Positions 6,738-17,602 of a stretch of DNA of 43,158 bases are shown one piece after another (position 1 is the first letter of the stretch; every line of letters starts with the position of its first letter). The position numbers and the translations under genes are program-made. Under the pieces are notes generated by a model, which made no database searches, was not told the origin of the DNA, and saw nothing but the letters and a program-made list of their open reading frames with translations. Source of the DNA: a virus (Duplodnaviria > Caudoviricetes); IMG/VR virus record IMGVR_UViG_3300011336_000447, positions 1 to 43,158 of that record. One strand, given 5' to 3'.

Positions 6738-9223
6738 TATGATACTTTCTTTTGTAAAATTCTGTAAACTTCTGCTATTGTACGCGGTTTTTGTTCATTG
6801 TAAAATATTTCTTTGTTATAGCGTGCTTCTTTCGGGAATATATTTTTAGCAATGCCATTAGGGTTTTTTTCTAGTATCTTAATAAACTTAACACCTTGTC
6901 CAGCACCCATAAAATGAAGTGCATACGCTTCGGTATCATTGACATTGCGTCCTAATTGAGTATTAGCAATGCGTTTATTATCATTGGTTAATGCCAAAGC
7001 CATAGCAGTTTGTGCTTCACGGTCATTTCTATCATTTATAGAAACATTATATTGCTTGCCAAATTTATTAACAGCACGTTTCCAAGTATCGTCTGTAAAA
7101 CCAAAAAGCCCTTGTGCTGTTGAACCTTGAACACTTGATTTTGCGTTAATATTGCCAGACGATTCAGCATTGCTAAATTTATCCATAAGGGGGGATTCAT
7201 TACTTGCCTGTGGTTTATTCTGTAAACGGCGTTGTCTGATTTCATTAATTAAATCAATGTTATTACTTGTGGGTTTTGATGTTTGTCTTCTTGCTCTAAT
7301 TTCTTTGATTAAATCAACCTTGTTTTGTTGTTGTGCGTCTTGTTTATTAGTCATCGCATTCATAGCCTGCCCAGTCATGCGTGATGATTGCGAGGCTATA
7401 GTGTCAGCGTTATTGGATATTCCATTTAATGATTTATTAAGAAATCCATCACCTGATAAATGCTTTGCAACGTTACTGGGTGATTTATTAATGCTTTGTC
7501 CTAAGCGGTTTAAAGCACCACCGCCTGTTACAGTTAATAATGTTTTAGGACTAAATACGCTAGCCCCTGCAACACCTGCCGTAGCAGATTTTGCAAAAGT
7601 ATCAGAGCCACCAGCCTTAGGTAAAAATTGTTTTCCTATACGTGCTAAATCAACAAGTGCATCTTTCCCCACGTTTTGCTTTGACGCTGTTATATATTTA
7701 CTTGAAGCAACACGATTTAATAAATCAGTAGGGTTTATTTCGCCAGTAGTTGATTTTTCTAGTAACGGCTGTATTGTTTTAAAATTCTTGTATTCTTGAT
7801 TAGCTTCTTGTAATAATTTTTGTTTGTTTTTAGGTAAGCTTTTATTTAAAATATCGTGAACAAAATCAGCCGTTTCTGCGATGGTGTTTTTTGCATCTCC
7901 TTGTGATTTTGATGCTATATCTAATAAATCACGACGCAATCCATTTATCTTTATGGCGGATACCGCTTTAAAATCGACACCGTCTAACCCTTGATTAAAA
8001 TCATCAATAACAGATTTTAGTACATTATCAATTTTTTTAAACTGCAATGGTGATACATTATCTTTTACATAATTTACTTGTTGCTGTAGTTGACTAACAT
8101 CATCTTGAAAAACATTTATTTTAGTATTTTTCAAAACTTTATCATATTTTGCACTGTTTAATTGCGAAAATTTGTTAATTGATTCGGGGGTTGTATCTGT
8201 TATTCCATTGCCGAGTGTTTTAGCAAGTGCCGTGTTCCATTGTGTTTTTTGTGTTGCTTCTTGTGCATCAACACCGCTAAACGGTATGTCTTGGCTTATT
8301 TTTTGAACCGTTTTTCTAAATCTAGTAGGTTTTATTTGGTCAACCCTTAATTTAATTCCGAACTCTTTTGCACGTTTTGCAAGGGGTATAATATCATCGG
8401 CAACCTTAGATGTAAGAACACTTGCACCCTTGCCTAAACCACCCAAAGTAGTACCCACCGCCGTATCAATCGCTTTTCTTTCTGCAAAAGATGATAAATC
8501 ACCACTGTTTTTATCTGTAGTCACATAAGGCGTTAATCCTGCACCTATAGCGGACGATTTAACAAGGTTTCCTGCCCCTGCAATTTTTGACTTAATACCG
8601 CTTTTCAATACTTGCTTCACGCCTTGTTTTGCACCACCAATAAGTCCAGCACCAGTAACAATGCCAGCACCACCACGCAATAAAGCAGGCGTTAAACCTG
8701 TACCATAATTCTTTTGAAAATCTGTTTCTTGTCCTTGTGCTACCTTGTCAAATTTACCAGTATAATCTAATTTATTTTCTAAATCAGGATTATATCCTAC
8801 CTTGCTTGCTAAATAATCCGCACCTTTGCCTAGTGCTTTCAATCCATAAGCCCCTAATTGAGGAGCACTAGTAGCCATATCAGACATAGCCATGTCAACA
8901 TACCCTAATGGATTATAAGGGCTGTAATCACGATAAGGAGAGGATTCCCCTTGTGTTGCCCCGCTTGTTTTAAAGTTTTCAAGTTCTTTTTTTTGTGCGT
9001 CGGTAAAATCTTGTAATTGATATTCTTTACCATTCATAACAGCAGTGTTGCCTTGAATGGGCTGTGCTTGCAATGGTTTTTCTTGTTGCATCGGTTGCGG
9101 TTGTTGCTCAATATTACCGCCTTGCATTTCTTTAATCTTTTTAGCTAAGAATATAGATGCTTGCGTGTCACCTGCTTTGTGCGAGCCAATTAATGCGTTT
9201 TTAAGCTGTTCTATTGTTGCCAT
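6737..9223 (-). CDS. Large ejection/internal virion protein with C-terminal lytic transglycosylase
   Basis: AESSGNINAKS, AQGLFGFTDDTW and YALHFMGAG lysozyme-like motifs. Confidence 0.8.
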   Translation of the reverse strand: MATIEQLKNALIGSHKAGDTQASIFLAKKIKEMQGGNIEQQPQPMQQEKPLQAQPIQGNTAVMNGKEYQLQDFTDAQKKELENFKTSGATQGESSPYRDYSPYNPLGYVDMAMSDMATSAPQLGAYGLKALGKGADYLASKVGYNPDLENKLDYTGKFDKVAQGQETDFQKNYGTGLTPALLRGGAGIVTGAGLIGGAKQGVKQVLKSGIKSKIAGAGNLVKSSAIGAGLTPYVTTDKNSGDLSSFAERKAIDTAVGTTLGGLGKGASVLTSKVADDIIPLAKRAKEFGIKLRVDQIKPTRFRKTVQKISQDIPFSGVDAQEATQKTQWNTALAKTLGNGITDTTPESINKFSQLNSAKYDKVLKNTKINVFQDDVSQLQQQVNYVKDNVSPLQFKKIDNVLKSVIDDFNQGLDGVDFKAVSAIKINGLRRDLLDIASKSQGDAKNTIAETADFVHDILNKSLPKNKQKLLQEANQEYKNFKTIQPLLEKSTTGEINPTDLLNRVASSKYITASKQNVGKDALVDLARIGKQFLPKAGGSDTFAKSATAGVAGASVFSPKTLLTVTGGGALNRLGQSINKSPSNVAKHLSGDGFLNKSLNGISNNADTIASQSSRMTGQAMNAMTNKQDAQQQNKVDLIKEIRARRQTSKPTSNNIDLINEIRQRRLQNKPQASNESPLMDKFSNAESSGNINAKSSVQGSTAQGLFGFTDDTWKRAVNKFGKQYNVSINDRNDREAQTAMALALTNDNKRIANTQLGRNVNDTEAYALHFMGAGQGVKFIKILEKNPNGIAKNIFPKEARYNKEIFYNEQKPRTIAEVYRILQKKVS

Positions 9224-10593
9224 TACATATTACCGTATTTATTTACAAGGTCATCTACATTAAAGTCTTGATTGCTTTGTTGTGGTTGTTGCGTGGTTTG
9301 TGGCTTGTAAGCGTCAGGGCTTTTGTTACTTTGTTTAAGTATGTCATCTAAAGATTTTTCCTGTTCTAAAATAAGGTCATCGTTTATCTTTATAAGATAA
9401 GCTAATCTTTCTTTGACAAGTTCAGTATCATTTAAATTGTTTAATATCGCTTTTCCTGCACGGTCAGCATCATCTTTTGCTTGCACGCCTTTTTGTAATA
9501 ATAATTTATTATTTGTTAATTCTGCGACATAAGATACTAAATTATTATATTCACGTGATTCAGGTGTTGAATTACCGAGTTTATTAGCGATTTCAGATGT
9601 CATATTTTTAAACATTCCTAAATTTAAAGTTCCGTCTTTAATTTTATCATGCAAATCAATACCCTTAACAACTAATTGAGTTGTAGTATTAATGCCGTCT
9701 TTGGTTTCTTTGATTAATTTTATCACGGGGGCAGGCAATGGGGCATTTTGGCTTACTTTTAATTCAGTATCAATCTTTCCTTTATTTTCAATATCTTGTT
9801 TAGCTTGTTCATTTTTCATTCCCTGCCCTGCAAAGGCATTATCTTTACCGCTTTGTGTGCCGTAACCAGTGCTGAATGCCTTATCTTGAACCGATGGAAC
9901 ATAACCCTCTATATTGCCAATAGTGCCGTTTGCGTCTTTAAATTCTTGCCCCTTATCAAATATTTTAGCAGACAAAGCGATTGCGTTTGCTGTTGGTAAA
10001 TCACCTGCATCAAGTGCTTTTCTTATAGCATTAGATACTTGTAGGGGTGCAGGAGAACCACCATAAGAACGTGCATCTCTAGCCTGTTGTAATGTCGTAT
10101 TTCTGATTTCAATCAGTCTATCCTCTGCTTCAGGACTATATTCTTGGGGGTCTGTTTCATCATGAATCCCTGCTTGTGTCGCATTTCTTTTGAATTGCTC
10201 ATAGTAAATCTGTTTTTGCATAGGGTCATCGGTTGATTCTAGCTTATTAGCAATGTCTGTAATTAGTTGTGATTCTAATTTTTGCTTATTAACACCTTGA
10301 GTAATTTCATTCGATTTTAAAGTGCTTTGCGTGTTTAAATTGTTGTTATACCCTGCCGTAGCGTTAGGGCTAACACGACTAATTAAACCTGCTTCATACT
10401 GATTTAAATCACGCCCCTCTGATTGTGCTTGCCGTATCATGTCCTCTACTTTGGAACGTGCAATAGCATCTCTTGACTGATTAAGCATTTCTAAACCGCC
10501 TAAATCAGCATATTTACTGTCTAATACTGGATTGAAACCGCCTGCTTGTATGGGTTGTAAATTAGCCATGAAATTATTTAAAATACCACTCAT
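9223..10593 (-). CDS. Ejection (DNA transfer) protein
   Basis: Helical, Q/A-rich; lies between the gp7-like and large ejection genes; start likely MSGIL. Confidence 0.6.
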   Translation of the reverse strand: MSGILNNFMANLQPIQAGGFNPVLDSKYADLGGLEMLNQSRDAIARSKVEDMIRQAQSEGRDLNQYEAGLISRVSPNATAGYNNNLNTQSTLKSNEITQGVNKQKLESQLITDIANKLESTDDPMQKQIYYEQFKRNATQAGIHDETDPQEYSPEAEDRLIEIRNTTLQQARDARSYGGSPAPLQVSNAIRKALDAGDLPTANAIALSAKIFDKGQEFKDANGTIGNIEGYVPSVQDKAFSTGYGTQSGKDNAFAGQGMKNEQAKQDIENKGKIDTELKVSQNAPLPAPVIKLIKETKDGINTTTQLVVKGIDLHDKIKDGTLNLGMFKNMTSEIANKLGNSTPESREYNNLVSYVAELTNNKLLLQKGVQAKDDADRAGKAILNNLNDTELVKERLAYLIKINDDLILEQEKSLDDILKQSNKSPDAYKPQTTQQPQQSNQDFNVDDLVNKYGNM

Positions 10594-12167
10594 TAAAACC
10601 AACTCCCAATGCTACTTAACCAACTAGAACCACTATTTGAATTATTGCCTTGATTTAACCACCCACTACTCCCGAAGTCATTAGAAGTGCCACCACCAGA
10701 ACCACCTAATATGTTTTTAAATAAATCACCAATACCACCGCCAGTGCTACCGCCACTTTGTCCACCACCTAAGATGTTACCTAAAAGATTTCCTCCAGTA
10801 GTGACTAGGCTTGATACAGGTTTAATATTTGATGTTTGCTTGTATTGCTCTTGTGCAATCTTACCTAAAATATCATTTAACACACCTTGGTTTTGCATAC
10901 CAATATTAGCTTGGTTTTGATTTTTACCCATAATGATATTCGCTAAATCGTTGTAGCGATTATCTATAGCACCTGTACCTTGTTCATAGCCAAACTTAAT
11001 TAAATCGTTATTTGCGTTTGTACTATTGCTTAAATTAGTCAATGCTTGTTGATTATACGTTCCTGTATTTTGATTGATAGCATTTGTGTATTGATTTTGA
11101 TTTTGCCCTAACGCATTGTATCTATTTTGTGCATTAGCCATTAATCCTTGATTGTAATTATTCGTATTGTTATTGACATTATTAAAATAATCACCTGTGC
11201 TTTGATTATTTGCTGTTGTGTAGTTTTGTTGTGCAGTTGATAGGGCGTTAGCTCTATTTGCACTTGTATTTCCTAATGCTGTACCGTAATTTTGACGCAA
11301 GTTACCTTGTGAATTGGTTGCATTTAATCCTTGTGCTGATTGCCCTGCCAATTGATTAACATAGCTGTCATAGCCTTGTTGTGCCATGTCTTGGCCATAT
11401 TTCATAGCCTCTTTAATTGCACCGCCACCCAATAAAGCACCCCGAGCAGAAGCAGACCTATCAAGTGCATTCAGGCCCTCTTTATATCGAAAGTCATATC
11501 CGGGTGTTTTAACATAATCCGCAACACGTGTACTAGGATCACCAGTTAAAAATCTATTTAATAACCCCTGTGCATTACTACCGCCTTGTGTATATGGATT
11601 ATACGCATTTATAGCAGGATTCATTTGACTTGATAAATCATTGCGTGAAGCGTCATAACCCTGCTGTGTAATATTATTTTGGGTATTAAAATTGTTTTTA
11701 TTGTTTGAATTAATTTTATTGTATTCTGTTTCGTATCTTGATTCTAAATTATTGGCGTTTGACTGCAATAAATTATTTAAAGTACCGTAAGATTGATTTG
11801 ATAAATTATTTTGCGTATTTAAATTATTGGTTAATTGTTTATTTTGCGTATTTAAATTATTTGCATTAATTTGACTTGATTTATCATATTGATTATTGCT
11901 TTGTTGGTTTAACGCACCTGTGGTTTGTCCAGTCATACGCATTAAATCATCATATTTATTCTTGCTATAGCCTGATGTTGCGTCATAGGCATTATTCATT
12001 AAGCCTATAGCGTTATTGCTTGCTTGCGTATTTTGTGCCATAGCGTCACGGTAACGCTGAATAATATCATCGTAGGCTTTTTTATTCTGAAAATAGTCAT
12101 AAGCAGATATACCAAGATTAGATATATCACTTGCTAAACTAGGGGCAGGAGGTGTTTCATTAGCCAT
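10593..12167 (-). CDS. DNA transfer protein, P22 gp7-like, N/Q-rich
   Basis: TPGYDFRYKEGLNALDRSASARGALLGGGAIK motif. Confidence 0.75.
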   Translation of the reverse strand: MANETPPAPSLASDISNLGISAYDYFQNKKAYDDIIQRYRDAMAQNTQASNNAIGLMNNAYDATSGYSKNKYDDLMRMTGQTTGALNQQSNNQYDKSSQINANNLNTQNKQLTNNLNTQNNLSNQSYGTLNNLLQSNANNLESRYETEYNKINSNNKNNFNTQNNITQQGYDASRNDLSSQMNPAINAYNPYTQGGSNAQGLLNRFLTGDPSTRVADYVKTPGYDFRYKEGLNALDRSASARGALLGGGAIKEAMKYGQDMAQQGYDSYVNQLAGQSAQGLNATNSQGNLRQNYGTALGNTSANRANALSTAQQNYTTANNQSTGDYFNNVNNNTNNYNQGLMANAQNRYNALGQNQNQYTNAINQNTGTYNQQALTNLSNSTNANNDLIKFGYEQGTGAIDNRYNDLANIIMGKNQNQANIGMQNQGVLNDILGKIAQEQYKQTSNIKPVSSLVTTGGNLLGNILGGGQSGGSTGGGIGDLFKNILGGSGGGTSNDFGSSGWLNQGNNSNSGSSWLSSIGSWF

Positions 12168-12696
12168 TCATGCCACCGTGTTTTGCTTTTAAATTATTAA
12201 GAAGCATATCTGTTAATTCCTTACGTGGTTTTGATGTAAGCGGAGATTGATTATTGAGTAATGCCATTTTTTGAATTGGTGTATCTTGCATGATATTAAC
12301 GTTCGGAGATTGCGGAGCGATAACAGTACCGCCTTGTGCTTGTTGTCCGCCACCGCCTAAGATATTACCTAATATACCACCGCTGCCTTGTCCGCCACCA
12401 AACATACTGCCAATATTGCCAGCACCATAAGCCATAGCACCGTTTAACCCCTGCTTTAATGCCCCATTAACATTGCCATTGGTAAGATTAACACCTGCCG
12501 AACCCATACTGCCCAATGGTAAGCCAGTTGTTGCCATACCTGCGACATTATAAACGTCAACAAGCCCACCGCCGTTAGGGTCAAAACCTAAAGCATCGTC
12601 CATAGTAGCGTTTGTTATATCTTTATACGCCTTAACATAAGTCTTTGGACTTGTAATTGGAGCTACAACACTTGCTATTTTCTTAAACCAACCCAT
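12160..12696 (-). CDS. Gly-rich virion/ejection protein
   Basis: MGWFKK start, Gly-rich amphipathic sequence, operon position. Confidence 0.55.
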   Translation of the reverse strand: MGWFKKIASVVAPITSPKTYVKAYKDITNATMDDALGFDPNGGGLVDVYNVAGMATTGLPLGSMGSAGVNLTNGNVNGALKQGLNGAMAYGAGNIGSMFGGGQGSGGILGNILGGGGQQAQGGTVIAPQSPNVNIMQDTPIQKMALLNNQSPLTSKPRKELTDMLLNNLKAKHGGMNG

Positions 12697-13097
12697 TAAC
12701 CTATCCTACGCCAGTTTGTACCGTCACTCATAATTGTAGCATAGCCATTGCTTGCTAAAACCAACGTTGCTGAACCGTCTATTGTTTCGGTTGAGAATCC
12801 GTCAATTGTTAAATTATTCGTGCCAATATTTTTGAATTTTATGTATCTCCCAAGGAGATTAACTGCTGTAGGCAAGTTTGCCGTAATTGCCCCTGATGTT
12901 GTATCAATCAAAAGCATTTCATAGTCTTTTGTAACAGTTACAGGACTGCTAGAAAATGTAGTCACAGTATAACTTGGATTATATATTTTATCAAACAATT
13001 TTTGCAAAAACAAAAACCAATAATTTGTGAAATACATTCGATTGTTTTTTAATTCAACAGCTTCAAATCCTATAATTGGGGGTGTATTATTCGTCAT
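12696..13097 (-). CDS. Tail-associated structural protein
   Basis: DTTSGAITANLPTA..TIDG..SDGTNW beta-domain typical of tail fibre modules. Confidence 0.6.
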   Translation of the reverse strand: MTNNTPPIIGFEAVELKNNRMYFTNYWFLFLQKLFDKIYNPSYTVTTFSSSPVTVTKDYEMLLIDTTSGAITANLPTAVNLLGRYIKFKNIGTNNLTIDGFSTETIDGSATLVLASNGYATIMSDGTNWRRIG

Positions 13098-14499
13098 CTT
13101 CGACCTCTAAGCGTATTTTGCAACTTGCAATACTGATAGAAACATCATTAGATACCTCAAATTTATAAATTCTTTTTCTTGAAATACCTAAATTTCTAAA
13201 TTCAATCTTGCGTCCGTATTGCGTATTTGTGCCGAGTGATAGACTTCTTTTTGTGCTATAGGTAAAACCACCGTCATCGGAATATGACATTTCTATTATT
13301 GGTGTAATATCTACCCCCGCCGTTCCTGTGGTTATGACAGGCTGTATCGCATGATGTATAACACGTTTGCCGTCACCTTGAATAACGGTTGTGGTAAATA
13401 CTCTCTCAATGTCATCGCCATCATCGGTGGTATTATCTTGATTGATAAAATAAACCTTGTTACCGATTGCACAAATTGTGTTCTTAGTGTTTTCCTCTAA
13501 GAACGCATTTTGAACAAATCGAGGTCTCCAGTATGTATAACCCTCGCTTGTTCTTTTATGCCATTCTAAGGTCTGTAAATTACAACATACTGTAAACCCT
13601 GCGTCCTCTACGGTAATACCATAAAACCATTGTCCATTTTCACGGAATGAAAACCCAATCGCATTAACAGCACTAATATTTTGAAATAATTTATCAATGC
13701 TTTCAGTTGATATTTTTGTAAAGCTATATCCACTTATTTTATAAACAAGACCGTTTCTTGATAAAAAATAAATCTCATTTAAAATTGCGACAGGCGTTAG
13801 ATCCGCACCGCACCCAAGCGTTGTGTTTGCCGTTCCCTTAATTGCTTCGAATGGGAATGTAGCGTTACCTGTATTTTGAAAAAACTCAATAGACCTTGTG
13901 CCAAAGACATACAATATACCAGCACATGATAAAACTGTTATGATATTATCTGATTTTTGTGTTGCACTTGCAAAATCTAAAGATGAAAACGTGCGACCGT
14001 CAAGCAATGCCGATATAAAGAACTGTTGTGTACCCCTTCTGCGAAATATAAAATAACCGTCCATATCGGTAAATGTTTTTGGATTATATGGTAAAGACGG
14101 ATTATATAACGTACCAGACTCAAGAACTCTATAAACTGAATCAACTTGGTATTTCCATGAAAGAAACGCTATTTGACCAACGGAATTGTCAAGAATATTA
14201 TAAACTTCCCCTGACGCTGTGGTAAAGGCATAATCTGCAACCAAAGTACCCGTTAAATCGTATTTTCTTATTTTCGTAGTGCCCACAACATAATAAAAGC
14301 TATTTATATGTGTTAACCCTCTAACCTCTTCCCCTGTATCTATAAGTAAATCTAAACCACCTCTTTGACGCAATGTATATTCGCTTTCCTCCCCATATTG
14401 GTTAGGAATAGAATACATATTTTGCAATAACTGATTATTAGGGTTTTTAGCACTGTTAACAGATACTTCTTTTGATAACGGTAAATTTATTTTTGGCAT
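13087..14499 (-). CDS. Tail nozzle / packaged DNA stabilisation protein (P22 gp10-like)
   Basis: DGYFI, LDFASA, SDDGG.T and FRNLG..R.R motifs; beta-propeller-like composition. Confidence 0.85.
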   Translation of the reverse strand: MPKINLPLSKEVSVNSAKNPNNQLLQNMYSIPNQYGEESEYTLRQRGGLDLLIDTGEEVRGLTHINSFYYVVGTTKIRKYDLTGTLVADYAFTTASGEVYNILDNSVGQIAFLSWKYQVDSVYRVLESGTLYNPSLPYNPKTFTDMDGYFIFRRRGTQQFFISALLDGRTFSSLDFASATQKSDNIITVLSCAGILYVFGTRSIEFFQNTGNATFPFEAIKGTANTTLGCGADLTPVAILNEIYFLSRNGLVYKISGYSFTKISTESIDKLFQNISAVNAIGFSFRENGQWFYGITVEDAGFTVCCNLQTLEWHKRTSEGYTYWRPRFVQNAFLEENTKNTICAIGNKVYFINQDNTTDDGDDIERVFTTTVIQGDGKRVIHHAIQPVITTGTAGVDITPIIEMSYSDDGGFTYSTKRSLSLGTNTQYGRKIEFRNLGISRKRIYKFEVSNDVSISIASCKIRLEVEDDE

Positions 14500-15443
14500 T
14501 ATTCAAACATTCCATTGCTAAACCCTACATTAATAGAGGCGTCCTCAAAATCATGCAATCGTTGCAATGAATACAATCTCTCAACTTCAACACCTAAGAT
14601 ACTTGATTTACTGTAAAAACCATTTTGCATAGCAAGTCTTTGAGCAAGACTATAAATGATAATATCATAAAATTCATTCGGAGATGGTATTGTATCAGTC
14701 GAACTGTCTAAATCATCAAAAGGTCTTTCAATGACAAGATTAATATATTGACTCTCATTTTCTGATTGCGGATATAAAAACAACCGCCCTTCGTCTATCT
14801 TGGGCTGATAATAAAATTGTGTTGGATTGCCTGCCATAGCTTTATAGGATAACGCTTGGTATTCATTCATAGACATCTTGCTAATGCCTATCTCTGAATT
14901 AGTGTCATATTGCACCGTAGCGTCTGAAATGCTTAAAGGTTTAGTAATGCGTGCTGTATATGAATACACCTTAGAATCAACGGTAAATGCACTTGTGAAC
15001 GCACTTGATACAGTTATCACATTGCCAACAACATTACTTACAGTACGCCACACAAACACATTGCTTGAATTTAATACCCCGATTGTATCAGATATTGCAA
15101 TTCCTGTACCGCTTGCAACCGTGAATGATGTATTTCCTGATGCAATAGCGACGCTTAATGTTGTTTTAACAAAATCACTTTTTAAAATAAACCTATCACC
15201 CGATTCGGATAGCGTATATTCTGATTGTCCAATCGTAGGAATTAAGACAGCACTCTCATAAGACCATAGACGCAAACCTCGCGACATAAGGTTTTTCATA
15301 ATGATATTTAATGATTGTGAAGCATTAGTAATTTCAGTTGATGATAATGTTTCGACAGGGTCTATGATAGACGCTAGCCTGTATGCTTCATAAATAATAT
15401 CATTACGGGTAAGGCTAAAATTAAAGTTATTCGAGACCGACAT
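14499..15443 (-). CDS. Head-tail adaptor (P22 gp4 / tail tubular A-like)
   Basis: DII.EAYRL..A...LN, GNPTQFYYQ..LFLYP and YSLA.RLA pattern. Confidence 0.7.
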   Translation of the reverse strand: MSVSNNFNFSLTRNDIIYEAYRLASIIDPVETLSSTEITNASQSLNIIMKNLMSRGLRLWSYESAVLIPTIGQSEYTLSESGDRFILKSDFVKTTLSVAIASGNTSFTVASGTGIAISDTIGVLNSSNVFVWRTVSNVVGNVITVSSAFTSAFTVDSKVYSYTARITKPLSISDATVQYDTNSEIGISKMSMNEYQALSYKAMAGNPTQFYYQPKIDEGRLFLYPQSENESQYINLVIERPFDDLDSSTDTIPSPNEFYDIIIYSLAQRLAMQNGFYSKSSILGVEVERLYSLQRLHDFEDASINVGFSNGMFE

Positions 15444-15645
15444 ATCCTGTTAAACTCACATCTTTTAAATTTCTTGGTCTTGGATTATCCACTGCTATTT
15501 TTTCACTCATGGCTTTAACCATTAATTCTTGTGGGTGTTGTTCATACCAGTATTTGTAATAAACACGCTTGCCGTCATAAGTCATACGTGTTTGCGATGC
15601 AAGTACCACTTGACCGCTAACATCGCATTGCACTTTATAATCCAT
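15427..15645 (-). CDS. Conserved virion-module hypothetical protein
   Basis: CDVSG...QHPQE...PRP motif in the structural operon. Confidence 0.6.
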   Translation of the reverse strand: MDYKVQCDVSGQVVLASQTRMTYDGKRVYYKYWYEQHPQELMVKAMSEKIAVDNPRPRNLKDVSLTGYVGLE

Positions 15646-15980
15646 TAAATATCTCTAACGATTAATTTTAAATCTCTGCTACCGCCTTCGGTACTTGCAG
15701 AAACAATTTTAACCCATTCACCGATTGCAGAAACATCATTAACATTTACTTGCATAATGCTATTAGCAACTACTGGAATTGATAATGCAGTACCAGCAGA
15801 AATATAATGTGCTTTATACGTTCCTGTCTGTGTCTTTGATGATGTCAATGTTACCGTTGCACCTGTCATTGTTGCAGGGAACTCAATACCTACAATATTA
15901 CCAGAGACAACACCTACCGCAGTAGATGTTGTTGCACCGTTGGCAATATTAACAGCAACACTTGCTGAACGATTCGCCAT
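15645..15980 (-). CDS. Small beta-rich structural protein
   Basis: Ala/Thr/Val-rich, coupled within the operon. Confidence 0.6.
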   Translation of the reverse strand: MANRSASVAVNIANGATTSTAVGVVSGNIVGIEFPATMTGATVTLTSSKTQTGTYKAHYISAGTALSIPVVANSIMQVNVNDVSAIGEWVKIVSASTEGGSRDLKLIVRDI

Positions 15981-16678
15981 TAGAACTCTCCGAACGCTTG
16001 AATGTAGTTAAGTGTCATAACACGAGAAACAGCAGAAGCATTTTGAACACCATAAGAAAGTGTCAAATTTGCTGTTGGTAAGTTAGTCAATGTTGTTTGT
16101 GTTGCGGTTTTAACACCGTTAACATAAACCTCAACTTTTGTACCGCCATCATAAAAGAACCCAATCTCAATGAACGTATCATCGGCAATGGTTGCAACAC
16201 TTGATAATGTTGTCAATGTGCTACTATTGGCTAAAATAAGATTTACTGCCCCTGCACCACTTGGCTTTAAAAAGTAAACACCATCAGAAACAGCAAGAGG
16301 CGTAGTATCTGTTTTTTGCAATCCAAACACAAGAGACGCATTGTTTGAGTTGTTTACTTTTAAGCGTGTCTTAAAAACAAGTTTTTTACCTGCTTCAAAA
16401 ACAAACGGCTCAATCGTTGCCGAGTTGCCACCCTTCCACTGCAGAAATGTATTTTCAGAGTTAGTTGCACTGTTAGTCAGTGTCAATAAACCGCCCTTGC
16501 CCGATACAATAGAAACAGCCCCAGTACCAGTAACAGTATAATTCCCCGAGGCATATTCATTGCCCCATTGGCTAATACCATAATATTTTGTTTGGTCTAA
16601 GTTGGGAAAGTCGTTATAGACTCCCCCTGAACCTGCCCTAACATTCGTCAATCCACTTGGGAAATGTGTTATTGCCAT
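15980..16678 (-). CDS. Structural protein with ConA-like beta-sandwich (head fibre/decoration); start MAITHF
   Basis: AGGAG RBS before ATG 16678; GFFYDG..VYVNG motif. Confidence 0.65.
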   Translation of the reverse strand: MAITHFPSGLTNVRAGSGGVYNDFPNLDQTKYYGISQWGNEYASGNYTVTGTGAVSIVSGKGGLLTLTNSATNSENTFLQWKGGNSATIEPFVFEAGKKLVFKTRLKVNNSNNASLVFGLQKTDTTPLAVSDGVYFLKPSGAGAVNLILANSSTLTTLSSVATIADDTFIEIGFFYDGGTKVEVYVNGVKTATQTTLTNLPTANLTLSYGVQNASAVSRVMTLNYIQAFGEF

Positions 16679-16682
16679 TAAA

Positions 16683-17600
16683 TTAAGCTCCTGCTGAACC
16701 GTAAACACAACGCCAGTCATGGTATGCAAAAGCATAAGACTCATAACCCATTGTATAATCCACTTTTGTAGAGAAGTCATAATCGTTGTCTAATTCCAAA
16801 GGATTAGCAACGAAATGAACAAGACCCTCTCCCATATTGAAATCATTGAGAACGAACCATGCGTCCTCGTCTGTCAAATATGGTGATGTAATAATCTCAA
16901 GAGGATATTTTGAACCAACGGCGTTTAAATCATTATCCGCAGTACCAACACGCAAAGACGAATTGATAATACGTTCTGCCTCTGCCCAGTTACTCGAATG
17001 AACAAGTAATTTTTTAGGTTTTAGCATGATTTGTTTACCGTTAGTATCCTTAGCTTTGAGAATATCAGTGATAACTTGCTCAATGCCTGCCTCTGATAAA
17101 TCACTATTACCACTTGATATAAGATTGCCTTGAACCGAACCAGTAGCGGACGGGTGACTTGCTGTAATCATAGCAACAGCATCTCCGTCTGTACGTGTAG
17201 CGGTAAACGCATTATTAAAGATTTGATGTCCCAAAATTTCTTTGGTTTCACGAAATGAATCGCCTAAGCGAATTGCACGCTGTGTTGTGACTTTCTTATC
17301 TTGTCCATATTGCTTTTCTTCTTTGGTAACACCAAAGCCTAAAGCAACAGCATACATATATGTTTTGACTGTATAGCCTTGTTTCTCTGAAGCAATCGGC
17401 GTTGCACCGCCTTCAGGTTTTACTTGTGCCAAGCCAAAAGACGAAGCAGAAACAACTTCTTCATATTTGTACTTTGCAGTCATTTTATCAAACAACTGTG
17501 GACAAATCTCTTTGTTGCGGTTGTAACCCATTTCAAGCCAAGCACGAATACCTGGTTTTTGATTTTTGGGAAAATTACCCGTTGTAATAATGTTAACCAT
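16683..17600 (-). CDS. Major capsid protein (HK97 fold, Mu gpT-like family)
   Basis: 305 aa; FGLAQVKPEG, PKKLLV, PYLTDEDAWF and DWRCVYGS.GA; position after the scaffold. Confidence 0.88.
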   Translation of the reverse strand: MVNIITTGNFPKNQKPGIRAWLEMGYNRNKEICPQLFDKMTAKYKYEEVVSASSFGLAQVKPEGGATPIASEKQGYTVKTYMYAVALGFGVTKEEKQYGQDKKVTTQRAIRLGDSFRETKEILGHQIFNNAFTATRTDGDAVAMITASHPSATGSVQGNLISSGNSDLSEAGIEQVITDILKAKDTNGKQIMLKPKKLLVHSSNWAEAERIINSSLRVGTADNDLNAVGSKYPLEIITSPYLTDEDAWFVLNDFNMGEGLVHFVANPLELDNDYDFSTKVDYTMGYESYAFAYHDWRCVYGSAGA

Positions 17601-17602
17601 TG

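Noticed and set aside
7152-7799. 215-aa plus-strand ORF and other antisense ORFs in the structural and replication modules
   Set aside because: They are shadow frames opposite well-supported genes, with no RBS or recognisable motifs
16678-16780. Programmed frameshift fusing the capsid protein to the downstream beta-sandwich protein (T7 10A/10B style)
   Set aside because: The downstream frame is open across the capsid 3' end, but I saw no slippery heptamer and the gene has its own AGGAG RBS and ATG
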